Source: Hyphomicrobiales bacterium
GTDB taxonomy: Bacteria; Pseudomonadota; Alphaproteobacteria; Rhizobiales; Beijerinckiaceae
Direction of reading: 5' to 3'
DNA length: 64,000 bases
NCBI GenBank assembly: GCA_019247795.1
Contig: JAFBAK010000164.1
Coordinates: forward strand, 178 to 64,177
Shown here: one piece after another, positions 53,883-64,000 of the stretch
Numbering within the stretch: position 1 is the stretch's first letter
How the letters are laid out: every line of letters starts with the position of its first letter
The notes under the pieces: generated by a model
Told to the model about the DNA's origin: nothing
The model's database searches: none
The model's input: the letters and a program-made list of their open reading frames with translations, nothing else
Made by a program: the position numbers and the translations under genes

Positions 53883-55655
53883 TCACTTTTGCGGCAGGTT
53901 CAACCGCAAATGGAGCTCGCGCAATTGCTGCGGCGTTGCTTCGGACGGAGCGCCCATGAGCAAGTCCTCGGCGCGCTGATTCATCGGAAAGAGCGCGACC
54001 TCGCGCAAATTATGCTCGCCGCACAGCAGCATCACGATGCGATCGATGCCGGCCGCCATGCCGCCATGTGGTGGCGCGCCATATTGGAAGGCGCGATACA
54101 TGCCCCCGAAGCGCTCGATCACAGTGCTCTCGCTGTAGCCGGCGATCTCGAACGCCTTCACCATCGCTTCGGGGCGGTGATTTCGGATGCCGCCCGACGC
54201 GATCTCATAACCGTTGCAGGTAATGTCGTATTGGAACGCCTTGATCGAAAGCGGCTCTTCTTTGAGCAACGCGTCGAGCCCGCCTTGCGGCATTGAGAAT
54301 GGATTGTGGGAGAACTCGATTTTCTTTGCCTCCTCATCCCATTCGTACATCGGGAAATCGACGATCCAGGCGAGAGCGAACCGGCTCTCGTCGACGAGCT
54401 TCAGTTCGGTGCCGAGGCGCAAGCGCGCAAGCCCGGCGAAGCGCGCGAATTTCGCGGGATCGCCCGCGACGAAAAAGGCGGCGTCGCCGTCCGCAAGCTC
54501 GAGCCTCTGACGCAAGCTCGCGGTCAGCTCGGGGCCGATATTGTTGGCGATCGGCCCCGAGCCGACGCCTTCGCGCCAGAAAATGTAGCCGAGGCCCGGC
54601 TGACCCTCGCCTTGCGCCCAGGAGTTCATGCGGTCACAAAAGGCGCGTGAGCCGCCTGTCGGCGCAGGGAGCGCCCAGATCTGCGCCTTCGGGTCGCTCT
54701 CGAGGATGCGGGCGAAGAGCTTGAAGCCCGAGCCGCGGAAGACATCCGACACGTCCTGCATCTCGATCGGGTTCCTGAGATCGGGCTTGTCGGTGCCGTA
54801 TTTGCGGATCGCCTCGGCGTGCGGAATGCGCGGGAATCTCTGGGTGACTTTCTTTCCGTCGCCGAACTCCTCGAAGACGCCGCGGATTACAGGCTCGAGC
54901 GTGGCGAACACATCCTCTTGCGTGACGAAGCTCATCTCGACATCGAGCTGGTAGAACTCTCCGGGCAGACGATCGGCGCGCGGATCCTCGTCGCGAAAAC
55001 ACGGCGCGATCTGGAAATACCGATCGAAGCCCGCCATCATGAGGAGCTGCTTGTATTGCTGCGGCGCTTGCGGGAGCGCGTAGAACTTGCCGGGATGGAT
55101 GCGCGAGGGAACGAGATAATCGCGCGCGCCCTCGGGGCTCGAGGCGGTGAGGATCGGCGTCTGAAACTCGTTGAAGCCGGATGCCTTCATGCGCCGCCGG
55201 ATCGAATCGATGATTTCGATGCGCTTCATGATGTTGCGGTGGAGCTTCTCGCGCCGCAGATCGAGAAAGCGGTATTTGAGCCGGATCTCCTCGGGATATT
55301 CGGCCTCGCCGAACACCGGTAGCGGCAGCTCCGCGGCGGGGCCGAGCACTTCGATATCGGTGGCGAAGACCTCGACCGCCCCGGTCGGCAGCTCGGGATT
55401 GAGCGTGCCTTCGGGACGCTCGCGCACGCGCCCATCGACGCGCACGACCCACTCGGAACGAAGCGTCTCGGCCGTCTTGAAGGCGGGTGAATCAGGATCG
55501 ACCACCACCTGCGTGAGCCCGTAGTGATCGCGCAAATCGATGAACAGGAGGCCGCCATGGTCGCGAATCCTGTGGCACCACCCCGAAAGGCGAACGGAAT
55601 TTCCGGCATGCTCCTTGCGAAGAGCGCCGCAGTCATGGGAGCGGTAACGGTGCAT
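53883..55655 (-). CDS. aspS: Aspartate--tRNA ligase, probably non-discriminating Asp/Asn type
   Basis: [43 protein letters not shown] and GAPPHGG motifs. Confidence 0.97.
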   Translation of the reverse strand: MHRYRSHDCGALRKEHAGNSVRLSGWCHRIRDHGGLLFIDLRDHYGLTQVVVDPDSPAFKTAETLRSEWVVRVDGRVRERPEGTLNPELPTGAVEVFATDIEVLGPAAELPLPVFGEAEYPEEIRLKYRFLDLRREKLHRNIMKRIEIIDSIRRRMKASGFNEFQTPILTASSPEGARDYLVPSRIHPGKFYALPQAPQQYKQLLMMAGFDRYFQIAPCFRDEDPRADRLPGEFYQLDVEMSFVTQEDVFATLEPVIRGVFEEFGDGKKVTQRFPRIPHAEAIRKYGTDKPDLRNPIEMQDVSDVFRGSGFKLFARILESDPKAQIWALPAPTGGSRAFCDRMNSWAQGEGQPGLGYIFWREGVGSGPIANNIGPELTASLRQRLELADGDAAFFVAGDPAKFARFAGLARLRLGTELKLVDESRFALAWIVDFPMYEWDEEAKKIEFSHNPFSMPQGGLDALLKEEPLSIKAFQYDITCNGYEIASGGIRNHRPEAMVKAFEIAGYSESTVIERFGGMYRAFQYGAPPHGGMAAGIDRIVMLLCGEHNLREVALFPMNQRAEDLLMGAPSEATPQQLRELHLRLNLPQK

Positions 55656-55908
55656 CGGAAAATCCAAACGAGGAAGGGGCAACCGCGAATGACGCGAAGC
55701 GCGCCTTCTGCCACTGCGCGGTTGATCTCGCAATCGGGTGGGGAGAAGCAAAGACGAGCGAACAACGAGTGACGAGGCGTCAAGAGCGAGGCGTCGAGGG
55801 CAAAAGGGGGTCTAATCGCCCCTCACTCCTCACTTCTTCACAACTCACGGCCATAATGCGGCCATTGCTTGCCGCGACAAGAACCGCCCTTCGGACAGTG
55901 CACGGCTC

Positions 55909-57099
55909 ATGAACGTCATCACTTCCAGCGCCGAGCTCGCCGCCGCTTGCGAGCGCTTGGCGCGGCACCCCTATGTCACGGTCGACACCGAATTCATGCG
56001 GGAAACGACCTATTACCCGAAGCTTTGCCTCATCCAGGTGGCCTCGGCAGAGGAGGTCCTGCTCATCGATCCTTTGTCACAAAACATTGAATTGGATGCA
56101 TTTTTTTCCCTTCTTCGCGATGAGAGAGTCGTCAAGGTCTTCCACGCGGCCCGCCAGGACATCGAAATCTTCTGGCACATGGCGAGAACCATCCCAAAGC
56201 CGCTTTTTGATACCCAGATCGCCGCCATGGTCTGCGGTTATGGCGACCAAGTGAGCTATGAGCAGCTCGCCAATGATCTCGGCAATGCACGAATCGACAA
56301 GACGCAGCGCTTCACCGATTGGTCGCGCCGTCCGCTCAGCGAAGCCCAGCTGAGCTACGCCCAAGCCGATGTCACGCATCTGCGCGCCGTCTACGAGGCG
56401 CTCGCCGCCAAGCTCGCGGCGAGCGGCCGCAAATCCTGGCTCACCGAGGATATGGCGGTGCTCGAGGCCCCGGGGACCTACGAGACCAAGCCGGAGGACG
56501 CATGGCAACGCCTTGCAGGCCGCCTCAAGAAGCAGCGTGATCTCGGTGTGCTGGTCGAGGTCGCGGCGTGGCGTGAGAAAGAGGCGCAAAAACGCGACAT
56601 CCCGCGCCAAAGGGTGTTGCGCGACGACGCCTTGATCGAAGTGGTTCAGGCGAGACCTCAGAGCGTCGAAGCGCTCGGCCGTCTGCGCGCGGTGAGCCAA
56701 GGACTCGAGCGCTCGCGCGCCGGGCAGGCTCTCGTTGCCGCGGTCAATCGCGGTGCGGCGATCGATCCCAAGACCTTGCCCAATCTCGGGCGGCGCGGTC
56801 GCGCTTCACGCCGTGATTCCACCGTCGAGTTTCTCAAGCTTCTTTTGAAGATTGTCTCCCAAAAGACTGGAGTCGCAGCAAAAATCATTGCAACTGTCGA
56901 CGACCTCGAAGCTCTGGCCGAGGGCGGCGATGGGCAGGCCGCGCTCACCGGATGGCGGGACGAGATTTTCGGCAATCTGGCGCGCACCGCCATCGCAGGA
57001 CGCGTCGCTGTCGCGCTCGAGAACGGAGAGCCGAAGATCATCTCCGTCGATGCGGAGGCCGAGTCCGCGTCCCGCACGCGAAAAGCCCTGGTCGCCTGA
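55909..57099 (+). CDS. rnd: Ribonuclease D
   Basis: [40 protein letters not shown] and YAQADV motifs plus an HRDC region; divergent from aspS. Confidence 0.96.
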   Translation: MNVITSSAELAAACERLARHPYVTVDTEFMRETTYYPKLCLIQVASAEEVLLIDPLSQNIELDAFFSLLRDERVVKVFHAARQDIEIFWHMARTIPKPLFDTQIAAMVCGYGDQVSYEQLANDLGNARIDKTQRFTDWSRRPLSEAQLSYAQADVTHLRAVYEALAAKLAASGRKSWLTEDMAVLEAPGTYETKPEDAWQRLAGRLKKQRDLGVLVEVAAWREKEAQKRDIPRQRVLRDDALIEVVQARPQSVEALGRLRAVSQGLERSRAGQALVAAVNRGAAIDPKTLPNLGRRGRASRRDSTVEFLKLLLKIVSQKTGVAAKIIATVDDLEALAEGGDGQAALTGWRDEIFGNLARTAIAGRVAVALENGEPKIISVDAEAESASRTRKALVA

Positions 57100-57112
57100 T
57101 GACGAGGGTGTG

Positions 57113-57508
57113 ATGGGTGCGCTCAAGGCGGTCGAGCAAAGCTTGACCCTGACACCAACCTTCGATGCTTCCGGCCTCCTCGCCTGCGTCACCGTCGATG
57201 CAGCGACAGGCGAGGTTCTCATGCTCGCCTATATGAACGAGGAGGCATTGCGGCGCTCGATCGAGACCCGCGAGGCCTGGTACTGGTCACGGTCGCGGCG
57301 TGAACTTTGGCGCAAGGGGGCGACGAGCGGCCAGACGCAACGGATCGTCGAGATGCACGTTGATTGCGATCAGGATGCCCTGCTCCTCAAGGTCGAGGTC
57401 GGTGGGGATGGAGGAGCTTGCCATACGGGGCACCGCTCCTGCTTTTATCGTAGAGTGGCGCTCGACCAAGCATCGGCTGTCGCGCCGGCTTTGAGCATGA
57501 ACGATTAA
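57113..57508 (+). CDS. hisI: Phosphoribosyl-AMP cyclohydrolase
   Basis: [32 protein letters not shown] and CHTGHRSCF motifs. Confidence 0.96.
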   Translation: MGALKAVEQSLTLTPTFDASGLLACVTVDAATGEVLMLAYMNEEALRRSIETREAWYWSRSRRELWRKGATSGQTQRIVEMHVDCDQDALLLKVEVGGDGGACHTGHRSCFYRRVALDQASAVAPALSMND

Positions 57509-57511
57509 GCC

Positions 57512-58666
57512 GTGGCGCGTAGGATCAGGCAGTCATCGCAAGACGTGCCGCCCGCCACGACCGGCGAAGCTCGGGAGCTTGAAGTGTCGACGAGCTTATC
57601 TTCCGAGAGCCGGGAAGTTGGCCTCGCAGGCGAGAATGACGCGACTTCTCTCGTCGCTGATCCGCCCCAGCATGTCGAGCCGCCCTCGCCGGATCAGCGG
57701 GCCCGTCAAAAGCCGGGTGTCCGGCTTGGCCTGGCGCTCGGTGGTGGCGCAGCGCGCGGTTGGGCACATATTGGCGTTCTGCAAGCGCTCGACGAAGCCG
57801 GCATTCGGCCCGACATCATCGCCGGCACGTCGATCGGCGCCGTGGTCGGCGGCTGCTACGCGGCGGGCCGCCTCGAAGAAGTCACCGAGTTTGCGCTGAG
57901 CCTGACGCCGGCGCGCGTTCTTGCACTCCTCGACGTCCATGTCGGCTCCGGAATCATATCGGGGGATCGTCTCGGGAGACGCCTCACTCGGAATCTCGAG
58001 GGTTTCATCATCGAGAAGCTGCCGACGCGCTTTGCGGCGATTGCGACCGAGTTCAACACCGGTCATGAGATCTGGCTTACGCGCGGGTCGCTCGTCGATG
58101 CGCTGCGCGCCTCTTATGCCTTGCCGGGCATTTTCGATCCTCGCCGGATCGGAGGGCGCTGGCTGATGGACGGGGCCCTCGTCAATCCCGTGCCAGTGAC
58201 CGCGGCGCGCGCGCTCGGCGCCGAGATCGTCGTCGCCATCAATCTGAGCGGTGCAGGCTATGGCCGGGGCACCGTCATCCAAGACTTCGGCGGCGAGGCG
58301 GAACTCGGCGCGCTTGCCGAGGTGGTCACAGCCGAGCAGGAGCGCGGGCTCCTGTCACCGGTGCGGGAGGCGGCTTCGCGCATGCGCGATCTTTTCCGGC
58401 GCCGTCGAGGAACGCCCGGCTTTGCGCAAGTCATGATCGATGCGTTCAACATCACGCAAGACCGCATCACGCGCGCGAGGCTCGCCGGCGACCCACCCGA
58501 CGTCATCGCCTCCCCTCAGCTCACGGAGATCGGCCTCTTCGAATTCCACCGCGCCGCGACCGCGATCGCGGCCGGACGCGAATCGGTGTTGCGCGCACTG
58601 CCGCAAATTCATGAGGTCAGGGAGCTCGCCGAAAGGAGCTTCCTCGCCCGCCAGCGCACTGCGTGA
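57512..58666 (+). CDS. Patatin-like phospholipase (RssA-like)
   Basis: LALGGGAARGWAHIGV, GTSIG nucleophile elbow and DGALVNPVP motifs. Confidence 0.93.
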   Translation: MARRIRQSSQDVPPATTGEARELEVSTSLSSESREVGLAGENDATSLVADPPQHVEPPSPDQRARQKPGVRLGLALGGGAARGWAHIGVLQALDEAGIRPDIIAGTSIGAVVGGCYAAGRLEEVTEFALSLTPARVLALLDVHVGSGIISGDRLGRRLTRNLEGFIIEKLPTRFAAIATEFNTGHEIWLTRGSLVDALRASYALPGIFDPRRIGGRWLMDGALVNPVPVTAARALGAEIVVAINLSGAGYGRGTVIQDFGGEAELGALAEVVTAEQERGLLSPVREAASRMRDLFRRRRGTPGFAQVMIDAFNITQDRITRARLAGDPPDVIASPQLTEIGLFEFHRAATAIAAGRESVLRALPQIHEVRELAERSFLARQRTA

Positions 58667-58826
58667 GCGCGGCTCAGTCCGTGTCGGGTCGATGAATGCC
58701 TGATCCGCACAAGCGTGCGGACTTGAGGCAATCCCGCGATTGACGATGCGCCTCGAGCCTGAAGGTCGACGCGCGAATATAGGGCCCCGGATCTGACCGG
58801 CGTCGAGCGCCCGGTCGCAGTTGCGA

Positions 58827-59258
58827 TCAAGCGCTTGCGATATAGTCGCGCATCGCTTTGTGCTCTGTCTCGATCTCCGCGAGACGAGACTTGACGACGT
58901 CGCCGATCGATACGAGCCCGCTGAGCGCCCCGTTCTCGAGCACGGGCACGTGGCGAAATTTTTTGCTCGTCATGAGATGCATGATCTCGTCGATCAGGGT
59001 CTGCGGCGTGCAGGTGAAAACGGGCGATGTCATGTGACGGGCCACGTCGTCCCCCAAGGCTTCGGGACCTTTTTGCGCCAGGAGGCGCACGACATCCCGC
59101 TCCGAAAATATCCCCAGAACCGAATTTTCCACGCCGATGATCACCACGGCGCCGATTCGCCTCTGGCCCATCAACGCGATGGCTTCTTTCACGGTCGAGC
59201 GCGGGCCCATGGTGATGACTTCCCTGCCCTTGTCGCTCAGAATGCTCGAAACATGCAT
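58827..59258 (-). CDS. CBS-domain protein
   Basis: GIFSERDVV, MTSPVFT, KFRHVPV and GLVSIGDVVK tandem CBS motifs. Confidence 0.93.
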   Translation of the reverse strand: MHVSSILSDKGREVITMGPRSTVKEAIALMGQRRIGAVVIIGVENSVLGIFSERDVVRLLAQKGPEALGDDVARHMTSPVFTCTPQTLIDEIMHLMTSKKFRHVPVLENGALSGLVSIGDVVKSRLAEIETEHKAMRDYIASA

Positions 59259-59559
59259 GATCAAGCCTCCCTTGCACCGTCGAGTTGGCTTCTTTCGACC
59301 TCCGTTCCCGCTCCACGCAATCCTTCTCGGCCTCATCGCTCACGAAAGATGCCGAGGCCGCAATCTCAAGTGATGGATTGAGTGTGAGCCAAGGTCATGC
59401 ATTTGGCAATGCATTCGGCAGTGGTGCGCCAAGCGAAAAGGGACGTATTCGAGGCGTTCCATCTCGAGATTTTCTCGGATGGTTCTCTGCGAGTGTCGAC
59501 GTTCTTGAGAAAAAGGCGACGTTTACCGTGGGGCCAAACTCCATAAGCCCAATTTCCCT

Positions 59560-60369
59560 CTATCCTTCTTCATCCGCCTCGCTTTTCAAGGCTTCTTCTT
59601 CTCCGGTGGCGAAGGGGACGGGTGGGCGATCGAAAAGGACGAAGGCCAAAAATCCCAAGAGAAACCCTCCGATATGGGCTTCCCAGGCGATTGAGGCGTT
59701 CGCGAGTACGCTCGGATTGGCTCCGAGGCCCGACATGGCGTTGGCGATGAACCAGCCAAGCGTAAAAGCGATCACGGTGCGATTTCGAAGGGCGTGATGG
59801 AGCCTGGGCGCCTGAAGGCCGCTGCGCGCGAGCGGGTCGAAAACGAAGCGCGCCGCCGCCCCCATGCAGGCGGAAACCGCGGCGGAGGCGCCGATGAGCG
59901 GCGCCACGCCTGTGGGATGCACGACGAGATGCATCAGCGCGCCGGCGATCGCCCCGCAGGCGAAGAGCGCCAGGAAGCGGGCAGCGCCGAACCGTCGGGC
60001 CACCGGCGTGCCGAGCGCCGAAAGGACGACGACGTTCAAGCCGAGATGCAGCCAGCCCTCGTGCAGCAGCGCATAAGTCAGGAAGGTCCATGGTCGAGGG
60101 CCGCTCTCGGCGAGAAGATAACGGGCAAGCTGATATTGCTCGATCGAGTTTTGATCGACCCCTTGCGGGCCGCGCTCGACGATTCCGCTGAGGAGCGAAG
60201 GCGCGATCCATGATAGTTCGCGGACGGGAATAAAGGCCAAGTCGATCAGCCAGCGAAAATCGGTGTCGTCGGAAAGAAATCCACGCCCGATCTGAATGGC
60301 GGAAAGTACCATCGCTATCGCCAGCACGACGGCCGGAATATTGAAGATCGGCTCGCGCGCGCGTCTCAC
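59560..60369 (-). CDS. Rhomboid-family intramembrane serine protease
   Basis: TYALLHEGWLHLGLN, GASAAVS (catalytic Ser) and WEAHIGG (catalytic His). Confidence 0.92.
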   Translation of the reverse strand: MRRAREPIFNIPAVVLAIAMVLSAIQIGRGFLSDDTDFRWLIDLAFIPVRELSWIAPSLLSGIVERGPQGVDQNSIEQYQLARYLLAESGPRPWTFLTYALLHEGWLHLGLNVVVLSALGTPVARRFGAARFLALFACGAIAGALMHLVVHPTGVAPLIGASAAVSACMGAAARFVFDPLARSGLQAPRLHHALRNRTVIAFTLGWFIANAMSGLGANPSVLANASIAWEAHIGGFLLGFLAFVLFDRPPVPFATGEEEALKSEADEEG

Positions 60370-60683
60370 GGAAGCTCCTTCGACCGCGTTCGGCCGTGGC
60401 CCAATGGTGGACCGATTTTGGCGGATGGTTCCTCATTAGCCGGAATATGTGGGCTGACGGCCAGACCGTCTCCGACGAATGGGACCATCTGTCGGGCCGA
60501 CCCATAGCAAGCCTCTCCGTTCAAAAAAAGAGCCAGTCCGGCAGGCTTTCGTCGCTCGCCTGAGCCCCGCCTCCGCGTGCGCCGGCCATAAGCCGTTAGG
60601 GTTACTGGCACGGCGCCTGCTCCGAAAAGCCTGGGGAGGGACGGGCAGCCGGCCAGCGTACCGCGAGGGCACGGAGCCGTCCC

Positions 60684-60699
60684 TTAACGAAACGTAAAC
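60684..60699 (+). promoter_or_regulatory. CtrA-box-like site upstream of the PAS_5 gene
   Basis: TTAA-N7-TAAAC, one mismatch to TTAA-N7-TTAAC. Confidence 0.35.
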
Positions 60700-60732
60700 G
60701 ATACGCCGACCGAAAGGCGAGGGACGGATAAA

Positions 60733-61323
60733 GTGAGACTCGCAACAACGAGGTTGCTCTTTTCTCATTGGGATCGCCTGCGTGGCGAGCGGGCGGCTCC
60801 GGTCCGCGGGGATATCGATCCTGCCCATTTGCGCAATTTCCTGGCCGATGTCTTCATGCTCGATGCCAAGCCATGGCAGGAGGGCCGCATCAGGCTCGCG
60901 GGCACGCGCATCTGCGCGCTCTTCGGACACGAGCTCAAGGGGCAGCGCCTGCCTGAGCTCTGGTTCGAGAGCGAGCGGGCGGAAGTTTCCCGCCTGGTCG
61001 GCGCCGTGACCGGCGGGATGCACGGTCTTGTCGCCAGCCTCACGGGAGAAACCGGTCAAGGACGAGAACTCGACCTCGAGATGCTTCTTCTGCCCGTGCG
61101 CCCGAACGCCAGCTCGCAATGCGGTGCCATCGGCTCTTTCGCTGCGGTCGCCCTTCCCTCTTGGTTCGGCGTCGACGCCATCACCGCCTTGAGCACGAGG
61201 ACCATTCGCATGATCGAGCGAAGGCCGCGCGTCCAGTCGAGTTTTGGACGCTTCACGCCCGCGCCGGAGCCCAGGTCGAGACCCGGCGAGCATCTCATCG
61301 TTCTGCCTGGCGGCAAAAGCTGA
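60733..61323 (+). CDS. PAS_5 (DUF1457-like) domain protein
   Basis: LFSHWDRLRG..AP.R..IDP, RLAGTRIC and LEMLLLP motifs; C-terminal LIVLPGG. Confidence 0.85.
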   Translation: MRLATTRLLFSHWDRLRGERAAPVRGDIDPAHLRNFLADVFMLDAKPWQEGRIRLAGTRICALFGHELKGQRLPELWFESERAEVSRLVGAVTGGMHGLVASLTGETGQGRELDLEMLLLPVRPNASSQCGAIGSFAAVALPSWFGVDAITALSTRTIRMIERRPRVQSSFGRFTPAPEPRSRPGEHLIVLPGGKS

Positions 61324-61512
61324 GCGGGATGAATAGCGAGTGGCGAGTGGCGTATGGGTTCGCGATGCTACCCCCAAGCTCTTCGCCGAAAAGGCGCGGA
61401 GAAATCCTCGTCTGTCGCCATCTGACCCTTTCTTTCAATCTTTTGTTTATCAAGGACCCATAAAATTATTCGCGCCGTTTTGTGAATTTTGTAAGTGGGC
61501 CCGGGTCCGTTC

Positions 61513-62127
61513 ATGTACAGCGTCGAACCCGTCAACGAGGTCACTCCTCTTCCGCAAGAGCGCAGGCGCTTTCGCCGCGTGAGGCTTTCGGTGCTCGGCC
61601 GTTACATGCTCGAGGATCGGCGCGAATTTCCGTGTCAGACGATCGACATCAGCCCCGGCGGCGTGGGTCTCATCGCTCCCGTGCTCGGCGCGATCGCGTC
61701 GCGCGTGATCGTCTATCTCGAACATCTGGGCCGTATCGAGGGAATGGTCGTGCGCGAGCTCGAGAACGGCTTCGCCATGACGATCGCCGCTCCGCAGCGA
61801 AAACAGGACAAGCTTGCCGCCCAGATCACCTGGCTGGTGAACCGGCAGGCATTCGGCCTTCCCGAAGATCGTCGCCATGAGCGCATCGAGCTCGCCAATA
61901 TGAACAGCATCATATCATTCAGGGACGGACGGCGCCTCCAGGCCATCATCGTCGACTGCTCGATATCGGGTGCGGCGCTCGACTGTGGAGAGATGGTCCC
62001 CCTCGGGACGGACGTGACGATCGGACACCGCGAGGCGCGCGTCGTCCGACATTTCGAGGGTGGCATCGCGGTCGAGTTCGTTCAACCGATCAGCGGCGAG
62101 CGCTTCAATCGCGATTTCGAGCTCTGA
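61513..62127 (+). CDS. Tandem PilZ-domain protein (c-di-GMP receptor family)
   Basis: RRRFRR + DISPGG, and second domain RRHERI + DCSISGA. Confidence 0.92.
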   Translation: MYSVEPVNEVTPLPQERRRFRRVRLSVLGRYMLEDRREFPCQTIDISPGGVGLIAPVLGAIASRVIVYLEHLGRIEGMVVRELENGFAMTIAAPQRKQDKLAAQITWLVNRQAFGLPEDRRHERIELANMNSIISFRDGRRLQAIIVDCSISGAALDCGEMVPLGTDVTIGHREARVVRHFEGGIAVEFVQPISGERFNRDFEL

Positions 62128-62286
62128 GCATTTTCAGGAAGTCACTTTTCCGAAAAGATCATAAGGCGCGAGCTTGGTGCGCAGCTGCGCCGTAATGGTG
62201 CTTAGACCGAGCGTGAATGAGCGGACCTTAGTCCGGTCGCGACGTGATGAAGATCGACGACAGGCCGGCCTTTCCGCGGACGAAAC

Positions 62287-62910
62287 CTAATCATCCGATA
62301 CGGGACCGCACCAGCCGGGCAGGTAGTTGGCGTCCATGCTCTTTGCGAGCTCAACGGCGTTCTTCAATGCCGCATCGAAGTCCTGCTCCACGTCCTTGCG
62401 CTTCAGGCGGCGGCGCAGAAAATCGGCCCAGAGAAATTCGCTGAACGGCGTCGTGTCCTTGGCGTAGCCGCCGGCACGCCGCAGCTCCCCCGCAAGACTG
62501 CGGAAAGGGTCGTCGAGGAGCCCGACGACGGATTTGGGAATTTCGCCGTAATCGCGCCGGCGGCCGTTCTCATCGTAAGGGTGCATCCAGCTGCGATTGT
62601 CGAGCACTACCCAAAACGCGTCTTTTTCGAGCTTGCTGAGATTTGCAATGACCGTGACGAGGACGTGCTCGACACCCTCGTCGTGAAGCGCGCGGGCAAG
62701 ATGGTGGTGATCGATCACATAGGCACGGCGTTTGGGTCCAAGAATTACGGGTATCATGTGCTTGCCGAGAAAGGCACCCTCCTTTTCGCCTTCGATCTGG
62801 CGCCAATGGCGGCGTTTCGCGCGAACCTCCCGCATGCCGACCGTGATCTGGGTTGGTCGCAGCTCCAAAATGGGAACAGGGACAAGGACGGGTTCACGCG
62901 CATTCGGCAT
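62287..62910 (-). CDS. ParB-like nuclease-domain protein (ParBc_2 family)
   Basis: LRPTQITVG, YVIDHHHL, DDPFRSLAG and TPFSEFLWADFLR motifs; SD GGAG before the ATG at 62910. Confidence 0.88.
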   Translation of the reverse strand: MPNAREPVLVPVPILELRPTQITVGMREVRAKRRHWRQIEGEKEGAFLGKHMIPVILGPKRRAYVIDHHHLARALHDEGVEHVLVTVIANLSKLEKDAFWVVLDNRSWMHPYDENGRRRDYGEIPKSVVGLLDDPFRSLAGELRRAGGYAKDTTPFSEFLWADFLRRRLKRKDVEQDFDAALKNAVELAKSMDANYLPGWCGPVSDD

Positions 62911-63380
62911 GGTGTGCTCTCCTAAAAAGCTTCGGCAGGGCGCCTTGAAGCGGCAAGGCGCGAGCGGCGCAAGTGGCCTGCATGCTGCGCTCTCGCCGCC
63001 CCGCACGTCCACCCGGAAAGCGGGCCGGGACTTCCAAGCGCGCTTGACCCGGAGCCTTTCGCGATACGGATCTGCGAGACGCCCGGGAACGCGGTCATAT
63101 CGTTGAGCGAGACCGTGCGACTGGAAAGTCGAGCTCGTGATGGCGGTCAAGAAGCTTGTATGCTCTTCGACGATGCTTTTCGCGCGCGAGCGGAAAAGCA
63201 TCGATCGACAACTGCAAGAATTGCTTCAACTTGTGAGGAAATTCTTGAATTCGCTTCAACTCGTGATGCGCCAGGGTGATGGCCACTGCCCAAGACATCG
63301 AGCTGCCGGCGTCGGTGGCTCTTCAGAGACGCGGACTCGGTCGTCCCCACCCTCCCCGTCCCCAAAAGACCGGGTACGCG

Positions 63381-63411
63381 GCGAAGCCGGCTTTCCCCAA
63401 GCCGGCTTCGC
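63381..63411. terminator. Perfect 13-bp hairpin downstream of the DUF1203 gene
   Basis: GCGAAGCCGGCTT-TCCCC-AAGCCGGCTTCGC. Confidence 0.65.
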
Positions 63412-63423
63412 GCTTTTGGGAGG

Positions 63424-63894
63424 TCAGGCGCGATCTACTCGCGCCGCGTAGCAGCCCGGCTTCGCATTGTGCAGATGCAAATAGGCCGTGCTCGAATTCG
63501 CGAGCATCCGCTCGATCACGGGTTCGACCTCGCCGCCATCCACCACTTCGGCATCGATCATCATCCCGGCTTCATCGAAGGCGCGCACGGAAAGCAACCG
63601 TGCGCGCAAGGCGAGGGGAACTTCGCCGACGTCCGGATGGGCTTGCGGCACATTCTCGCGGACGAAGATCGCGTGCGATGCCCGGTAGGGTGAGCGTGCC
63701 GGCTGATGCTCGTAGTTCATCAACAAGACGGCTTCTCCGACCTTCGCGTCCGCAAGGCTTACACGACACGGAAATCCCGGAGATTTGTCGACCACGAGCC
63801 GCATCGCTCCACGCGCGGCGAGCTCCCGGTCCGACAGGGCGAAGAGCGGGGTGAAGTCGGAAGCTGAAAGTGCAGAGATCCTGAAGCCCATCAT
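63424..63894 (-). CDS. DUF1203 domain protein
   Basis: PGFPCRVSL, SPYRASHAIFV, LLSVRAFD and HLHNAKPGCYAARVDR motifs. Confidence 0.9.
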   Translation of the reverse strand: MMGFRISALSASDFTPLFALSDRELAARGAMRLVVDKSPGFPCRVSLADAKVGEAVLLMNYEHQPARSPYRASHAIFVRENVPQAHPDVGEVPLALRARLLSVRAFDEAGMMIDAEVVDGGEVEPVIERMLANSSTAYLHLHNAKPGCYAARVDRA

Positions 63895-64000
63895 GGCCTC
63901 CCTTACGGTTTGCGCGAGACCGCAATTTGGCGCCGATCTCGCCCGCGAACACCTCGCTTCTTGCGATGCAATCGATCCCGCCGATCGGGAATAATCCGGC

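Noticed and set aside
62911-63423. ORFs 63095-63298, 63137-63451 and the 97-aa N-terminal extension of the ParB-like ORF
   Set aside because: No motifs; the SD-supported start is at 62910, and one ORF runs through the terminator hairpin.

Overview
GC-rich alphaproteobacterial chromosomal segment; gene order and content fit Hyphomicrobiales/Rhizobiales (inference). About 1-16 kb is accessory-looking. It holds a divergent heat-shock locus (pseudogenised groES plus full-length groEL opposite an Hsp20 gene, with two RpoH-type promoters, a CIRCE element and a ROSE-like thermometer); a catabolic cluster (MFS, acetylpolyamine amidohydrolase-like deacylase, two DAO-family FAD oxidoreductases) converging on a polar amino acid/opine-type ABC importer; a blue-copper protein; tRNA-Pro and tRNA-Arg around an ETC complex I subunit-like gene; and a small islet after tRNA-Arg with a possible IS-end relic. 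About 16-64 kb is mostly core housekeeping: uvrA, yajC-secD-secF, MFS, two HAD hydrolases, popZ, tolC, hspQ, IalB, a frameshifted family-5 SBP, mfd-sdhE/recG, guaD, a Cu-chaperone operon, nth, maeB, ggt, an SBP-DAACS pair, MTase-GT2, aspS/rnd, hisI, patatin, CBS, rhomboid, PAS_5-PilZ, ParBc_2 and DUF1203. I found no CRISPR array, rRNA, integrase, intact transposase or prophage. The best leads are the layered heat-shock control region with dead groES, the uncharacterised deacylase/oxidoreductase/ABC locus and the orphan SBP-DAACS pair. None can be shown to be novel without searches. All family calls come from motif recognition by eye.
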